DNA of 37,116 nt from a virus: the UHGV virus genome UHGV-0272165. One strand, 5' to 3'. A program made the position numbers and the translations under genes. The notes under the pieces were generated by a model. The model saw only the letters and a list, made by a program, of their open reading frames with translations, searched no databases and was not told the DNA's origin. Shown here in pieces: positions 1 to 11,459 of this stretch. The stretch's first letter is position 1. Each line of letters starts with the position of its first letter.

Positions 1-12
1 ATCTCATTTAGC

Positions 13-40
13 ATAAGGCCAAAAGTTTTTTGGCCTTATA
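13..40 (-). terminator. Palindrome plus T-tract downstream of tailspike gene (possible intrinsic terminator)
   Basis: AAGGCCAAAA-G-TTTTTTGGCCTT near-perfect inverted repeat directly after the tailspike stop. Confidence 0.4.
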
Positions 41-85
41 AACAATAATAAAAAACTTACAAAATAAATCTACTTTTTAGTATTA

Positions 86-1747
86 TTACCATCCTATAAT
101 GACATCAACACTGCCAACATCAACAGGTGATGGGCTAGTGTTTTGGAATGTAACACGAATCATGTCGTCTGATATTGCCAATACATCAGTTATAACCCCT
201 ATTGGCAGATCTCCTAACACCGTCATATTGATTGGAAGTTCATTTTCTATTTTATATCCAGTAGCTACCCTCTGAATTGAAAATCTAGAGTTTGGATTAA
301 TTGAACCAACATTAATTGTTGATTTAATTTTTTTCCCAGAAAACACGATATCATTGAAATCAACATGAGAGTTATTTATTAGCGAATCGGCAATAGAACC
401 TGAAAAATTGCTATTTATACCTACCTGTCTTAAAACTGAGTGTTTTTCAACCCTTACCCCATAATCCACTTTAGCTAAAGAGGCGTCGATATTATTTATT
501 GCGACAACAGCACCATCGACGCAGTTTATCGCATATTTTGCGCTCCCTAGCATAACAATATTTCTTAATGATAAATATGAGGAAAATTGGCTGGTAGCAA
601 ATGCTGAACCTTCACTTCCAACCATATAACAATCAGATATCTCTACAGATGATGAATAACGAGCCGCTACGCAAGACTGAGTTTTCGGTTTTATAATTGA
701 CAATTCTTTTATATAGCAAGATGAAGCATGCTCAACCTTAATTGAGTCTTCATTTGAATTGTATGATGAAAATGAAAAACCTTTCACGCTAGCTGCGTAA
801 ATACATTCCAGCGAAATATTTGCGTTAGTAATATGAACTTCATTGATACAAAACTGAGATCCAGAGCCAGAAACAAGAACCCCACAGACAGAGCCTCCAT
901 TTACAATTAAATTGTTTGCATCCCAAACTACGCAACTACCACATTGTGAATCAGGGTAGTATCCACCTCCGATAATGAGTCCGTAATCACCATCTGTTTC
1001 AATAGCAACATTTTTTATGCTGTATATATTTGATCTAAATTGTATTCCTTTTGTTGTTTTTATTATGGAATTTATTGGTTTTGCCACAACCCCGTTAACC
1101 GGGCCTGAAATTATACCATTGTGACTCATATCCAATGTTAAAACATTTCCATCCTTGGAAATTATCATCGCTCCACATGAAATGTCTCTCCTGCCAGAAA
1201 GTATACAATATTTACCAACATGAAAATTATCTGCATTCTGAACAGAAACTTTAAAAATACCAGTCAACACATCATAAGAAACATCATATACATTAACAGG
1301 ACTATAATCCACACCCAATATATTCAGAGGAATATTATCAAACTCATCATAATGTGAATAACCATCAGGAATGTGAATATACTGCCCGTATTCTATCTGT
1401 GATCTAAGCTGATCGGGATCGTACTTCAGCACATTAGGAAAATAGAACTGCAGAGCGCCGTACGCATCATAAACAGCCATAGAATGGCCTTGCACAGTTA
1501 CAAATTTGGCAATCTGTCCGTTATATACAGGGTAACCAGCAGCGTTAATGATGATTGGTTGCGAAACAGGAACGTGAGAACAGTCTTCGTTTTCCACATA
1601 AACCTGAATCTGGTTTTCAGGATTTACAGGGTCAGTGTCAATTTTACCGATATAAATTTTTCCATTGGCTACGGCTTTAAAAGAACGAGCCATAGTGAAG
1701 AGTTGCGAAGGCATGCTTACCACAACATTGGCTGTAATGTCTGTCAT
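86..1747 (-). CDS. Tailspike protein: P22 gp9-like N-terminal head-binding domain fused to a different beta-helix-type receptor-binding body
   Basis: N-terminal ~120 aa ([11 protein letters not shown]...[19 protein letters not shown]...[12 protein letters not shown]...NVLKYDPDQ) closely resembles the P22 tailspike N-terminus as I recall it; the remainder does not. Confidence 0.85.
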   Translation of the reverse strand: MTDITANVVVSMPSQLFTMARSFKAVANGKIYIGKIDTDPVNPENQIQVYVENEDCSHVPVSQPIIINAAGYPVYNGQIAKFVTVQGHSMAVYDAYGALQFYFPNVLKYDPDQLRSQIEYGQYIHIPDGYSHYDEFDNIPLNILGVDYSPVNVYDVSYDVLTGIFKVSVQNADNFHVGKYCILSGRRDISCGAMIISKDGNVLTLDMSHNGIISGPVNGVVAKPINSIIKTTKGIQFRSNIYSIKNVAIETDGDYGLIIGGGYYPDSQCGSCVVWDANNLIVNGGSVCGVLVSGSGSQFCINEVHITNANISLECIYAASVKGFSFSSYNSNEDSIKVEHASSCYIKELSIIKPKTQSCVAARYSSSVEISDCYMVGSEGSAFATSQFSSYLSLRNIVMLGSAKYAINCVDGAVVAINNIDASLAKVDYGVRVEKHSVLRQVGINSNFSGSIADSLINNSHVDFNDIVFSGKKIKSTINVGSINPNSRFSIQRVATGYKIENELPINMTVLGDLPIGVITDVLAISDDMIRVTFQNTSPSPVDVGSVDVIIGW

Positions 1748-1911
1748 TTAATTTGCTCCAGACGTAGCAATGCCGAACAAGATGCAACTTGCCCTGCATT
1801 GCACTAATGTCAGTTATGATTTGTTAATTATGAGATGAGTCTATGCAAAGAGATCTGTTGAATATTGCGCTCTATATATTTGTTTTTTGCACGTTCCTGG
1901 TGTTTGCGAAG

Positions 1912-3909
1912 CTATTCTGACAACGCATCAGACTTAACACCCTGCGTCATAGCGTTAATAGCCTTTTGTGCCTGCTGCATGGCTTTCTCAAACGCTGTTG
2001 ATCCGTGTGTGGTATTTGCCATTCGTAGCATTGCATTTCTGAATGGCTCACTCTCATAGGCGCGAGCAAGAAGGCCGTAGCTTACTGCTGCGCCAGTTGT
2101 CGCCGGGTTCATTGCCGTACCATATCCGATAATGAACGGGATAGTTTGCTGCCCTGTTGGTGTTGTTACTGCCGCTTTTGCAGCCTGCTGCGTGGATTGC
2201 AGGTAGTTTTTCAATCCCCTCAGGTAAGCAGCATCCTGCCCCTTAAATGTGATACCCGTTTGGTTTTGCAGGATGTTAAGCTGTCGAAGGAACTGGTCAG
2301 GGGATCCACCTGATTTCTCTATCGCCTTTCCAATGATGCCATTGCGCATTTGCGCTCTTCCAACGCGACCAACTGAGTTATACAGCGTCTTAATTTCCGA
2401 TTTGTTCTTGCTGAATAGCATGTTATTCACAACTTCCGGCGTCAGGTCGCCTTTCATGAGAACATTCTTCAGCCTGGTATTCTTTAGTTTCGCCGCTTCG
2501 TCAGCGTAGACGGCATTGGCCTGCTGATATTTACGAAGAGTATCATTGCCAAGATTCTGACCAATGGCACCATTGATATCGTCGGTCATCGCCTTATAAA
2601 CGCGCTGAATGGCAGCATCGGAACGGTTTGGTAACACTGGTCGCTCACCCTTCACGTCCATTCTGAACTGACTGCGCAGGTCGCTTAATTGCTTCAAATC
2701 CAGATTTACCGGACCATCAGGGCCAGCATTGCGAACAAGCTCATCACGATATGACTGAAGTTTTGAAATTGTCTCGTTATCAGCCACCTTACCAAGCTTC
2801 TGCAGATTAGATATCTCAGTATCAATCTGCTGAATTGCTCGCGCAGGCTGAATGTTGACTCCCGCCATTGCATTCTGAACCTGCTCAAGACGGTTCCCAG
2901 CAGCACGACGAATTCCTGATGTTTTCGCTTTAAGGCTGTCAATAACAACCGCTGGATCATACTCACCGAATTTATCAGCAAATCTCTGCACCAACTGGCT
3001 TCTCGCTTCCTGTTGCGTTGCTCTCATTCCGCTTGTGCCAGCCAGAGGGATATTTTCTGCTGTAGTCTGCGCCATTTTTCCGACGCGGGAAGTGGGTTGT
3101 AACAGGTCTGTGGTGTGCAGAGGCACTCCTTCACGCTCTGCAAACCTGATAGCCTGTTGCGCTTCTGGCGCAATAGCACCACGAACACCACGATAAGCAG
3201 CACCTAATCCACGTCCGGCAGCGTTAATAGCTCCGCCAGCAAGAACGCCAACGCCTAAGTCGGTGGCTAGTGCTTCCGCATCATCTTTCACACTGTTTGC
3301 AGCAAGTGATCCAACTGCGTTTTCAGCGAGAAGGCGAGTTGCACCCTGAGCAATTCGACCAGCAAGTGTTGGTGCCTGTGCTGCCGCTCTCTCAACGCCA
3401 GCAGGGGTGAGGTAAGGCAATGCTTCAGCAAATATCCTTCCCTCTGTCGTTTGTGGAGTCAGCGCGCCTTGCTGAAGGCCAAAGTCCTGCTCTAATCCCT
3501 GAGTTGTTACTCGTGGAGCTGGTTGATATGTACCATCGCCAATGCCGAGTTTACCGCCAGCCCATGCCGCTGCGCTTGTTACAGCATCGGCAACTGATGC
3601 AGGTATGTTTGCCACGTTTACGCCAGCCTGCACCAGTCCGCGACCAGTCTCTTTCACTGCTTCACCAAGGTCAGACATAAATCCACTTTGCTGTGGTTGT
3701 TGCTGTGCTACTGGTTGCTGTGTCTCCACTGTCTGCACAGATGGCAATGGATAGGCAGCATAGAAAGCTTGCTTAGCCTGCTCTGCATTTTCTCCGGCTT
3801 GTGGTGCCACGACTTCATTGAAGTATTGCTCCTGAGCCTGCGCTTTTTGTTCTGGTGCTAACGCCTGATACTGTGGAGAGGCGATAACATCTTTCCATGC
3901 TTTAGCCAT
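1912..3909 (-). CDS. DNA ejection / internal virion protein (P22 gp16-like by position)
   Basis: 665-aa Ala/Gln-rich ORF immediately upstream of the tailspike, last of three consecutive ejection-protein-sized ORFs as in P22-like phages. Confidence 0.65.
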   Translation of the reverse strand: MAKAWKDVIASPQYQALAPEQKAQAQEQYFNEVVAPQAGENAEQAKQAFYAAYPLPSVQTVETQQPVAQQQPQQSGFMSDLGEAVKETGRGLVQAGVNVANIPASVADAVTSAAAWAGGKLGIGDGTYQPAPRVTTQGLEQDFGLQQGALTPQTTEGRIFAEALPYLTPAGVERAAAQAPTLAGRIAQGATRLLAENAVGSLAANSVKDDAEALATDLGVGVLAGGAINAAGRGLGAAYRGVRGAIAPEAQQAIRFAEREGVPLHTTDLLQPTSRVGKMAQTTAENIPLAGTSGMRATQQEARSQLVQRFADKFGEYDPAVVIDSLKAKTSGIRRAAGNRLEQVQNAMAGVNIQPARAIQQIDTEISNLQKLGKVADNETISKLQSYRDELVRNAGPDGPVNLDLKQLSDLRSQFRMDVKGERPVLPNRSDAAIQRVYKAMTDDINGAIGQNLGNDTLRKYQQANAVYADEAAKLKNTRLKNVLMKGDLTPEVVNNMLFSKNKSEIKTLYNSVGRVGRAQMRNGIIGKAIEKSGGSPDQFLRQLNILQNQTGITFKGQDAAYLRGLKNYLQSTQQAAKAAVTTPTGQQTIPFIIGYGTAMNPATTGAAVSYGLLARAYESEPFRNAMLRMANTTHGSTAFEKAMQQAQKAINAMTQGVKSDALSE

Positions 3910-5204
3910 TAATCACCCCATAGTGAAGAAAAATTACTGCCAGCAGGAGATTGTTGTCCTGGCGTATTCTGCACCGGCTCCTGGTAATCAAACTGTTTTT
4001 TAACAGTGCTCAACTTGCTTTCAAGCTGATTTCGAATCTTTCCGATAGAGTCACGAAAAGCCTTTTCACTCATTTTGGGGCTTAGAGCACCAACCGCATC
4101 GGATAATTTTTTACCCTCAGCATCTGAAAGAGCCCCCATCCCCTTCAGGGACTGCACCATAGGGAGGAAAGTTTGAGCTTTAAAGGTGTCGAGTCTTGCT
4201 TCAAAGTTAGCCGCATCAGATCCAGGAACTGTCGGAAACGCTGAGCGAATACCAACTGCTTTTGAAAGTCCAGGGCTTTGCTCTATCTCGTTGAGAGAAT
4301 CAAGCGCAGTGCTGAACGTATCAACAGCGCCCTGAGCGGCGGCCTGTCTGTCAGCACGAGCTATTTCAGCCTTTTGCCGAACATCTGCCTGTTTCTGCTT
4401 TAGCTCTTCAAGCTTTAACTGATTGCTTTCTCTGGCTATCTGTCTGTCCAGAGCCTTTTCTTGTAATTCTGCTCTTTGTATTTTGCGGGAAAGAGCAGCA
4501 TTCTGTACGCTGATGTTCTGGCCACGTATCTGGATGTCCTGACCTCGTGCTGTTAGTGCCTCGCCAGCCTGATTGCTGCGGATTGTCTCTGCCAGCCTAC
4601 CTCGGTCAATCTCACGACCAGCCATCTTGTCCTGAACATTGAAGTAATCAATCGGACCAAGAGCAGCCATCCCAAGGTGATCAACAAACTCACCAAATCC
4701 TGAAGGATTCTGCTGATACATCTGAGCAACGTTGTTAGGATCAACGCCGACGCGCGCCAGTTCCTTGGCGTTGTTTTGCAGCCAAGATTGCATTGCTTCT
4801 GGAGATGATGATGCAAGGCGAGCGCCAGCCGCTAAGGTGCCGATAGAATTGCGCTGGTCTTCATCAATGAATCCCATTCCTTTACGAACAGATTCAATCT
4901 GGTCTGGATATTGAGTAGCCAACTGACGCAAAGCACCACGATCACCAGACGCATAAGCATTAGCGTATGCCTGCTGAAATTCTTTCTGCCGCTGAGCCTG
5001 CTTTTCCTGCTGAAAAACACCCGCAATACCTGAAAGACCTTGCAATGCAGTCAGCCCAACATTGTTAGCGCCTGAACGCTCAATATCATTGTTCTGCCTG
5101 ATAAGCTGAAGCGTATTGCCGATGTCATTTACGCTAGGAGCGTTTGAGTTGACGCCACCGATACCAGCCAACAATCCGCCATTTGCTCCTTGCCAAGTAG
5201 CCAT
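3909..5204 (-). CDS. DNA ejection protein (P22 gp20-like by position)
   Basis: 431-aa ORF, start/stop-coupled to neighbours, coiled-coil-rich; synteny with P22-like ejection genes. Confidence 0.6.
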   Translation of the reverse strand: MATWQGANGGLLAGIGGVNSNAPSVNDIGNTLQLIRQNNDIERSGANNVGLTALQGLSGIAGVFQQEKQAQRQKEFQQAYANAYASGDRGALRQLATQYPDQIESVRKGMGFIDEDQRNSIGTLAAGARLASSSPEAMQSWLQNNAKELARVGVDPNNVAQMYQQNPSGFGEFVDHLGMAALGPIDYFNVQDKMAGREIDRGRLAETIRSNQAGEALTARGQDIQIRGQNISVQNAALSRKIQRAELQEKALDRQIARESNQLKLEELKQKQADVRQKAEIARADRQAAAQGAVDTFSTALDSLNEIEQSPGLSKAVGIRSAFPTVPGSDAANFEARLDTFKAQTFLPMVQSLKGMGALSDAEGKKLSDAVGALSPKMSEKAFRDSIGKIRNQLESKLSTVKKQFDYQEPVQNTPGQQSPAGSNFSSLWGD

Positions 5205-5213
5205 GATTACCCC

Positions 5214-5909
5214 TTAAAACAACGAACCAAGCAGGCCAAGCCCGCCACCAATTGCAGCGCCTAATCCAGTACCAAGTCCGGGGACAATAGAGCCAAGAGC
5301 GGCCCCAGTCATAGCTCCTGAAGCTCCTCCGCTAATTGCTGTCTGAAGACCGGATGGCTTATTGGCATTAGCAGCGGCAAGAGCTGCGCTTTGCTGTGCA
5401 ATGCTGCTCATGTTGTTGGCGTACGTCTGCCCGGCGTTTGCCTGACCTTGCAGCGCACCAAGCCCAACGTTTGCCAGATTGTTGTAATTGCTCATCTGAT
5501 TTGATAACCAAGACTGACCGAGTGTCGGCGCGATCGTAGCCAGTTGATTGCTTGTGGCTGTCGAACCAAGTCCACCCGTCGCCTCCGCAGCAGCAAGACT
5601 CTGGTAACGCGCCTGCCCTGCAAGGTCTTTATACTGCTGAGAGTTGTAATACTGATTAAGTGCCTGCCCCTGACCTTCTAAACTGGAAAGGTTCTGAATC
5701 TGGTTAACATACTGCTCCGCAAGAGGCGTGAACGGAGCAAGGTTTTTCATGATCGTCTGCCACTGCTGATTTTGCAGGTCTGCGGCATACTTCTGAGCTT
5801 CTGCTGCATACTTTGCGCTTTTATCAGAGCTACCACCTTTCCCGCCTTTTTCAGGGCAATAAGGTTCCTCGCCGCGCAGTTTTCTGCCCAGCTTAAATGC
5901 ATATAACAT
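5214..5909 (-). CDS. DNA ejection protein (P22 gp7-like by position), Gly/Ala-rich C-terminus
   Basis: 231-aa ORF with a glycine-rich hydrophobic C-terminus; position as gp7. Confidence 0.6.
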   Translation of the reverse strand: MLYAFKLGRKLRGEEPYCPEKGGKGGSSDKSAKYAAEAQKYAADLQNQQWQTIMKNLAPFTPLAEQYVNQIQNLSSLEGQGQALNQYYNSQQYKDLAGQARYQSLAAAEATGGLGSTATSNQLATIAPTLGQSWLSNQMSNYNNLANVGLGALQGQANAGQTYANNMSSIAQQSAALAAANANKPSGLQTAISGGASGAMTGAALGSIVPGLGTGLGAAIGGGLGLLGSLF

Positions 5910-5911
5910 GG

Positions 5912-6367
5912 CTATCTCCCGTGATTCAGGAAGTCGATTAGTTCTTCGCGTGTGGCGCTGTAAAACGTCACGTCATCCACGCCTTTGAAGTATTTCTTGA
6001 TGGTTCCTACACGCTTAAGACCAATCATTGCGCAGTACATCTGCCCGTGGCGGAATTTGCGTGCGGCGAACGATGTGACGCACTGAACGGTGGTGTTAGT
6101 CAGAATGTATCGCCAGAACGCCAGCCCGATTTCCTTGCTGAATCCACGAACCTCTGGCAGGTACATGGCGTGGCAATCGAATGTCAGCGGCTGAATCTCC
6201 TGATAGTAAACAATGCCGCCGAACTGCCCGTGCACGTTCACCTCAAAGTAACGGCATTCAGGTTTGTAGTCGTATCCATCACCGTTATTGCTCCCGGCGA
6301 TAATGTCAGGGTGATTTCCGACTGCTTCTATCAGGTCGATGTTTCGCGTTGGTTTGAATGTAATCAT
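5912..6367 (-). CDS. Virion-associated protein between needle and ejection genes (gp14 position)
   Basis: 151-aa ORF; position only, sequence not recognised. Confidence 0.45.
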   Translation of the reverse strand: MITFKPTRNIDLIEAVGNHPDIIAGSNNGDGYDYKPECRYFEVNVHGQFGGIVYYQEIQPLTFDCHAMYLPEVRGFSKEIGLAFWRYILTNTTVQCVTSFAARKFRHGQMYCAMIGLKRVGTIKKYFKGVDDVTFYSATREELIDFLNHGR

Positions 6368-7068
6368 CAGTCAATCAGCCCATGTAATCTAAGTGCTGTT
6401 TCAAGCGCCAGAATACGCTGCCGCGCCTGCTGCAAACCTGTTGCGAGAGCTGCGACTTCGGATTGCGTGTACGTAGTGCCGACAGTGTATGACTGGTTTG
6501 CGTTGAATGAGCCAAGAAGTGGCGTACCTGTGGCTGCAGTCCATCCAGTCTGTCTTGCTCCAACTACCTGAATTCCATCAACTGAATATGATGTTTTTAC
6601 ATCCAGCGGTGACGCAAGAGACTGCGATTCTGTTACGGTTTTCGATACGTAATCACTCTTAATGCCAGAGACATCGTTTTCTACGTCATCCAGTCTTTGG
6701 TCAACAGTGACCAGATGCGCCTGAATATCGATAACCTCATCCAGCAAGTAATCAACATCGCTACGCAGTACGACTATCTTCCCTTCGGCGGTTGTTAACC
6801 TGACCTCAAGGAGATTTATCGCTTTTGTGTTTGCGGTGATTCTTGCATCGTGATCTGCCAGTTCGACGTCCTGTTCATCGTTTTTCACCTGAGCATCGTA
6901 AGCGCCCTGACCAGCCTGATTTGCCTTCCCGGCAATTGCGCCGACATCAGCACCTTGATTTATGACATACAGCAGGTAAGACTGGCTGAATATATTGCGT
7001 GGCAAAATTGAAGCATCAAGGCGCGTAGCCTGAACCACGACAGGATCATTCAGTGATGAATCAACCAT
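6367..7068 (-). CDS. Tail needle protein (P22 gp26-like)
   Basis: N-terminus ([30 protein letters not shown]...[20 protein letters not shown]...ITANTKAI) matches remembered P22 gp26; coiled-coil heptads. Confidence 0.85.
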   Translation of the reverse strand: MVDSSLNDPVVVQATRLDASILPRNIFSQSYLLYVINQGADVGAIAGKANQAGQGAYDAQVKNDEQDVELADHDARITANTKAINLLEVRLTTAEGKIVVLRSDVDYLLDEVIDIQAHLVTVDQRLDDVENDVSGIKSDYVSKTVTESQSLASPLDVKTSYSVDGIQVVGARQTGWTAATGTPLLGSFNANQSYTVGTTYTQSEVAALATGLQQARQRILALETALRLHGLID

Positions 7069-8486
7069 TACTCAATCCTTATCTTGCAGCTTGACAGAGT
7101 TACAGGTGACTTCGTGACAACGCGCAACTTGAATCCAATGTTTTTCCTGATGCGTCCGACCCGCTTCCACAAAACGCGTTTGTCGTAAACGAACGGTTCA
7201 TTCTGCTCAATCATCTGCTCACGCCCGTAATTGATGCCGTCAGTGGTTGCAGAGAGAAAAAGGCGGTCAGCATACTGCGCAACTCCAGTTGACGATTCAA
7301 CTTCAAGGTCGAAAACTCTGGCGTTATCCGCTTTGAACAACGGAGTAAACAACAGGTGTTCCTGCTGCTTGTCGTACTGGCTGCTGATATCGAACTGCAA
7401 TTTCCCGGTCACGGATTCCAGCTTATCGCCGCACGTTATCTGATTGCCTTCGTAAATGAAGTCGATAGCGCGGTACACATCGTCATACAAGCCAGTTTTC
7501 AACACACACCATTGCGGACCATTGGCGCTTGAAGATGCGTCGTACACGAGAACATGGCGCGGAAGGTGGATAATCAGCAACTCATGAGCATCAAATCGCA
7601 GCGATTCCATCACACCATCAGCCAGTTCATCAGCAGTGTAGGAGCGGAGGATTTTCTCAATGCTCGCGCTGGCGATTGGTGATACCTGACCGGAGCCGAT
7701 GATATATACAGACGGCGCACCTGTTGCCGGATTGCTGATGAACGCATAAGAATCAGCGAATGGCGTTTTGCAGTAAGTCCCGGCAATGCCTTTCTGCACC
7801 ATCAGCGATGGCTGTGCGACATACAGAGCAGCCCCAACAGTGGTTGCACCAGTCAGGGAGAAATATTCAATCGTCGACGAACCAAAGCAGACTATGAAGT
7901 CTCGCCATGTACCTATGCCGATGATGCCGTCCGGCTGCGATTCTGCGCGATATTGTGCGCTGTAGCGGTCAGGATGCGATTCGTCTTCAAGATCAGTGAT
8001 AAACCATGAATCAGTGCCGTCTTTTGACCACGCATAACGCCCACGTAATCGCGTAATGTCACGGACCGAACCTAATTCATACTGCGTGAATCCGCTGTCT
8101 GTAGGCCAGTTTGAGACGGTTTTAACCGTGCCATCATAACGATACTCGACCAGTTGACCATTAACGCCTACTGCCTGTGATGTCCTACCATGCGCCATTG
8201 ATACGCGACCACTTCCGGAAACATCACCGACCTCACTTTCGCCCTTATACAGTTTGCCACCACAAACGCGATAAACAGCATTCTGCGCCATGTTGTACTC
8301 AACTCCGCGCGATACGCCGTTCACATCAGAACGTTTGGCAATGCCCGGGAATGAGCGAAGATATCCGCTGCTGTTGAGTATTTCTTTGGGTGTAGCCAAC
8401 ATATTCGCTGGCAGATAGTCGATATAGTCGGCGTTTCTGAAATCTTTGCCGACACCTTTCATAAGCGGAAGTTGCTGAATTGGCAT
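7068..8486 (-). CDS. Tail hub protein (P22 gp10-like)
   Basis: 472-aa ORF between gp4-like and needle genes; size and position as P22 gp10. Confidence 0.75.
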   Translation of the reverse strand: MPIQQLPLMKGVGKDFRNADYIDYLPANMLATPKEILNSSGYLRSFPGIAKRSDVNGVSRGVEYNMAQNAVYRVCGGKLYKGESEVGDVSGSGRVSMAHGRTSQAVGVNGQLVEYRYDGTVKTVSNWPTDSGFTQYELGSVRDITRLRGRYAWSKDGTDSWFITDLEDESHPDRYSAQYRAESQPDGIIGIGTWRDFIVCFGSSTIEYFSLTGATTVGAALYVAQPSLMVQKGIAGTYCKTPFADSYAFISNPATGAPSVYIIGSGQVSPIASASIEKILRSYTADELADGVMESLRFDAHELLIIHLPRHVLVYDASSSANGPQWCVLKTGLYDDVYRAIDFIYEGNQITCGDKLESVTGKLQFDISSQYDKQQEHLLFTPLFKADNARVFDLEVESSTGVAQYADRLFLSATTDGINYGREQMIEQNEPFVYDKRVLWKRVGRIRKNIGFKLRVVTKSPVTLSSCKIRIE

Positions 8487-8987
8487 TTATTCGCTCCCGT
8501 TATCGCAAGGTTCCTTCTGGTGGAAGTAATTCCAACCGTTCCACTTCGCCAACTGGTTACCGCTACCAACAGGCATACGGTTTGGATGACCGGACTTACA
8601 TTTAGCGGCTTTTGCTCTGTCCATTGCAGACAGTTTGACGAGTCTCTCTTTCCCGTATCTGGCAGTGGTTATAAGTTTTGCAGAGGCTTCCAGCGCATAA
8701 TCCGGAGCAATTCGGCAGGCAAGGTTGAAAATGACAGAATTGATAGCGTTATTTGATAAACCGTGCTCATCGCCCGGATCTGGAGCGACATCTGCATCAG
8801 CAAAAATGTAGCCAACGTTGATACCAGGTGACACATCACCGCCAAGCCATTCAGCCATCATCATTTCAAGGTCATTGACGCCGTCTTCCATGGACTGCGG
8901 TTCGACATCGGTTAACGTGGCATTTGATGCCACACCGAGCTTACGTAATGCCGCAAGGACTAAATCACCCTTCGTTGTCAGGTTCAT
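8487..8987 (-). CDS. Tail adaptor / head-completion protein (P22 gp4-like)
   Basis: From internal Met ([32 protein letters not shown]...), 166 aa, resembles remembered P22 gp4; the longer ORF-track start would overlap the upstream small gene. Confidence 0.75.
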   Translation of the reverse strand: MNLTTKGDLVLAALRKLGVASNATLTDVEPQSMEDGVNDLEMMMAEWLGGDVSPGINVGYIFADADVAPDPGDEHGLSNNAINSVIFNLACRIAPDYALEASAKLITTARYGKERLVKLSAMDRAKAAKCKSGHPNRMPVGSGNQLAKWNGWNYFHQKEPCDNGSE

Positions 8988-9195
8988 CTGCTGCCGCCTT
9001 AGGTTTTCGACCAGGCTTTTTACGCTGTTTTTCTTCTGGCTCTGGCTCTGCAACATCCTTCAGAAGATCATCAGGATGTGCAAACCAGCCAGCATCCAGA
9101 TATTCCTGAAGCTCTTCGGCTTTCACGATTTCAAAGTCGTATCCAACGCCTTTCCATTTCTTCATGTCGCCATGACGAAAGATCATGTGTGTCAT
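8965..9195 (-). CDS. Small hypothetical protein between coat and gp4-like genes
   Basis: Start chosen at the internal Met preceded by GGAGA (CTGGAGACAAGC-ATG), just downstream of the coat-gene terminator hairpin. Confidence 0.4.
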   Translation of the reverse strand: MTHMIFRHGDMKKWKGVGYDFEIVKAEELQEYLDAGWFAHPDDLLKDVAEPEPEEKQRKKPGRKPKAAADEPDNEG

Positions 9196-9206
9196 GCTTG
9201 TCTCCA

Positions 9207-9231
9207 GATAAAAAAGGGAGCCGAAGCTCCC
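9207..9231 (-). terminator. Intrinsic terminator after the coat gene
   Basis: On the minus strand GGGAGC-TTCG-GCTCCC followed by TTTTTT, directly after the coat stop codon. Confidence 0.55.
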
Positions 9232-9239
9232 TCTGGTTA

Positions 9240-10535
9240 TCACGCGGTCTGGTTAGGCAGACCAACACCAATTGCCTCTGGTCGTACAGCACATGCTGAA
9301 TACCACACAGCAATACGGCACTTACCAGACAGAGTGTTGATATCACCCTGCGTTGCGAAGATGCCGTTAACACCAATACCAGGAATGCTGAAGGAAGACG
9401 TTTTCATGCCAGCAAACAGTTCATGGGTTACCGGGATCGGCTGAGACAGCAGGCGGATTGAGTCATCAGCCCAGAACACGTTAGCGGTGGTTGTTGCCAC
9501 GTTCAGAACGTTTACCGGAGTGGAATTAGCAAGAGAGGTGTTTACGTTAGCGTAAGCCTTCTCTTCTTTTGTCAGTGAAGAGTCATCAAGCGCAATCGGC
9601 TTCGGCGTGATTTCGATGTGAGTACCATCGATCACACGGGTGATTGAGAAAGTAGCATCATCAGTCAGCACGTTCTTCGCCATCTGAGACAGGAATTTCA
9701 CACCAGTGAAGCTGATTTTGTCGCCGCGCTTAAACCCGGTGGTGGAGGATACGGTCACCGTTGCAACACGGTTGTCGACGTTCTCTTTGTTACCATCGGT
9801 ATCAAGAGTGTATGCCTGCGGCTTAAACTTCTGCGCACCAGAAACAGTTACACCAGTAGCGGTTGACTTGGTAACTGCCGGAAGTTTCGGTGAGCGAAGA
9901 ATTTCATCAAAGCCAGCAATCTGACGCTGAATAGTACCGTTGCGATACGCTTCTTCAGGAACGCGACCGAAGATGTCACCATCTACCAGGTTGCGGCCTG
10001 CTTTGCGGTAATCGTCAGGGTTCAGGAAGTAACTGATGCCCATATCGCGGTTTAGCTCACGGGAGAACATCAGGCGCTCTGCATCAGACACAAAATCCCA
10101 GCCAGACAGGCCAGTAGATGGACCAATTGCGCGGGTATCGTGAACAACAAGCGAGCCCATTTCAGTTGCCTGTTTGGCAATTGCTGACTCAATGTTATTC
10201 GCCAGTTTTTTGGCGGATGCCTGGATGCGGCGACGGTAAGAACGCTCATCACGCAGGTCATCTGCACGAAGCTCGAAGAAATCGTTATCCGGATCGCCCA
10301 TGTTGCATTTCACGGAGAGTTCCAGAATCCCGGTTGCGTTGCCAGTTAAATCCCAGCCAGTCTGGGTTGGCGCTTCCTGCTCAACAGGCATCCACACGGT
10401 GTTGCTTGAACGCTGCATGGATTCTGCCGGAGGGGTGTATTTTGTCACTTTGGACGCCATTGGCGTCAGGTTCTGGACGGTTTCGATGATTTCATCCAGA
10501 GCATACGTGACCAGTTGACCTTCATTTAATGCCAT
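9240..10535 (-). CDS. Major capsid (coat) protein, P22 gp5 family
   Basis: 431 aa; [20 protein letters not shown]...[14 protein letters not shown]... and C-terminal ...[11 protein letters not shown]...[10 protein letters not shown] closely match remembered P22 coat protein. Confidence 0.95.
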   Translation of the reverse strand: MALNEGQLVTYALDEIIETVQNLTPMASKVTKYTPPAESMQRSSNTVWMPVEQEAPTQTGWDLTGNATGILELSVKCNMGDPDNDFFELRADDLRDERSYRRRIQASAKKLANNIESAIAKQATEMGSLVVHDTRAIGPSTGLSGWDFVSDAERLMFSRELNRDMGISYFLNPDDYRKAGRNLVDGDIFGRVPEEAYRNGTIQRQIAGFDEILRSPKLPAVTKSTATGVTVSGAQKFKPQAYTLDTDGNKENVDNRVATVTVSSTTGFKRGDKISFTGVKFLSQMAKNVLTDDATFSITRVIDGTHIEITPKPIALDDSSLTKEEKAYANVNTSLANSTPVNVLNVATTTANVFWADDSIRLLSQPIPVTHELFAGMKTSSFSIPGIGVNGIFATQGDINTLSGKCRIAVWYSACAVRPEAIGVGLPNQTA

Positions 10536-11446
10536 TATCGAATTCCTTTATTCAGTTGCGCCTTGAGCTTGCGGTACGTCTCTACATCCCCTTTGTTTGC
10601 TGCCGCCTCCATCTGCTTTTCAATCGCAGAGATATTTGCAGCAACAGCATGTCCCTGAATGGGTTCATCAGGTAACGGGGCTTCTGAAACAGGCTTGGCT
10701 CGAGGCTTGAGAGTTAAACGTTCTGACAGTCGAGTGAGTTCAATCAGCGCGGATTGCCCGTCCATCGCCAGCAACTGGCGTGTTTTCTCAGGATTAGCAC
10801 CAAGGTGATACATGAGAGCAGCGGATTTCTCCGGGAAGAGGCGCATGATGTCGGCACCGACTGCTGGCGGCACCAGTTGCATGAATGCATCCTCTTTCTC
10901 CTGATAGTCAGGGATATTGAGCTTTTCCGCTGCGTCGTAGTGCTTACGGGCTGCCTCGACGTATTGCGCTGATTGCTGGGTGAACTCCTGAGTTTTGCGA
11001 CCCTGCTCGGCGACAGCCTGGCTTCGTGCGTCCATAGCCTTGATCTGCCATTCACTATTTGCCTGCTGGAAGGCAGCCAGTGCGCGGCTCTGGTCATAGT
11101 CGTACTTAGCCAGTGCATCTTCGGAAAGATAATCGTTAGGGTCTGGTTGTTTCGGTAACTCAGGGTTCACCCGCAGGTGCTCCGGCAATTCTCCACGCTT
11201 AACCGCTTCCATCTGCTGCTCAAGCTCACGCTGGCGTTTGCGTTCGATGCGGCGACGGGCAAATTCAGCATTAGTTGCCGGGTCTTGTTTTGGTTTCTCA
11301 TCGTCTTTCAGGACAATCTCGAAGCCTTCTTCCTGACCTGCGTTGTCGTTGGCATTATCGACAACTAAGCCATCAGCAGATGCCGCTGCATGATTGCCGG
11401 GCAGGGTTAATTCTTCAGAAGCCTGAATGTCGGTGGTTGGGTCCAT
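10535..11446 (-). CDS. Scaffolding protein (P22 gp8-like)
   Basis: 303-aa acidic, helical ORF between portal and coat genes; stop overlaps the coat start. Confidence 0.8.
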   Translation of the reverse strand: MDPTTDIQASEELTLPGNHAAASADGLVVDNANDNAGQEEGFEIVLKDDEKPKQDPATNAEFARRRIERKRQRELEQQMEAVKRGELPEHLRVNPELPKQPDPNDYLSEDALAKYDYDQSRALAAFQQANSEWQIKAMDARSQAVAEQGRKTQEFTQQSAQYVEAARKHYDAAEKLNIPDYQEKEDAFMQLVPPAVGADIMRLFPEKSAALMYHLGANPEKTRQLLAMDGQSALIELTRLSERLTLKPRAKPVSEAPLPDEPIQGHAVAANISAIEKQMEAAANKGDVETYRKLKAQLNKGIR

Positions 11447-11459
11447 GATTAACTCTCTC

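Noticed and set aside
1484-1807. Plus-strand ORFs inside the structural module (for example 1484..1807, 2249..2509, 6047..6571 at 174 aa, 8818..9444 at 208 aa, 12735..13091, 13509..14036)
   Set aside because: All lie antisense within long, well-supported minus-strand virion genes, lack ribosome-binding sites and have low-complexity or odd composition; treated as shadow ORFs.
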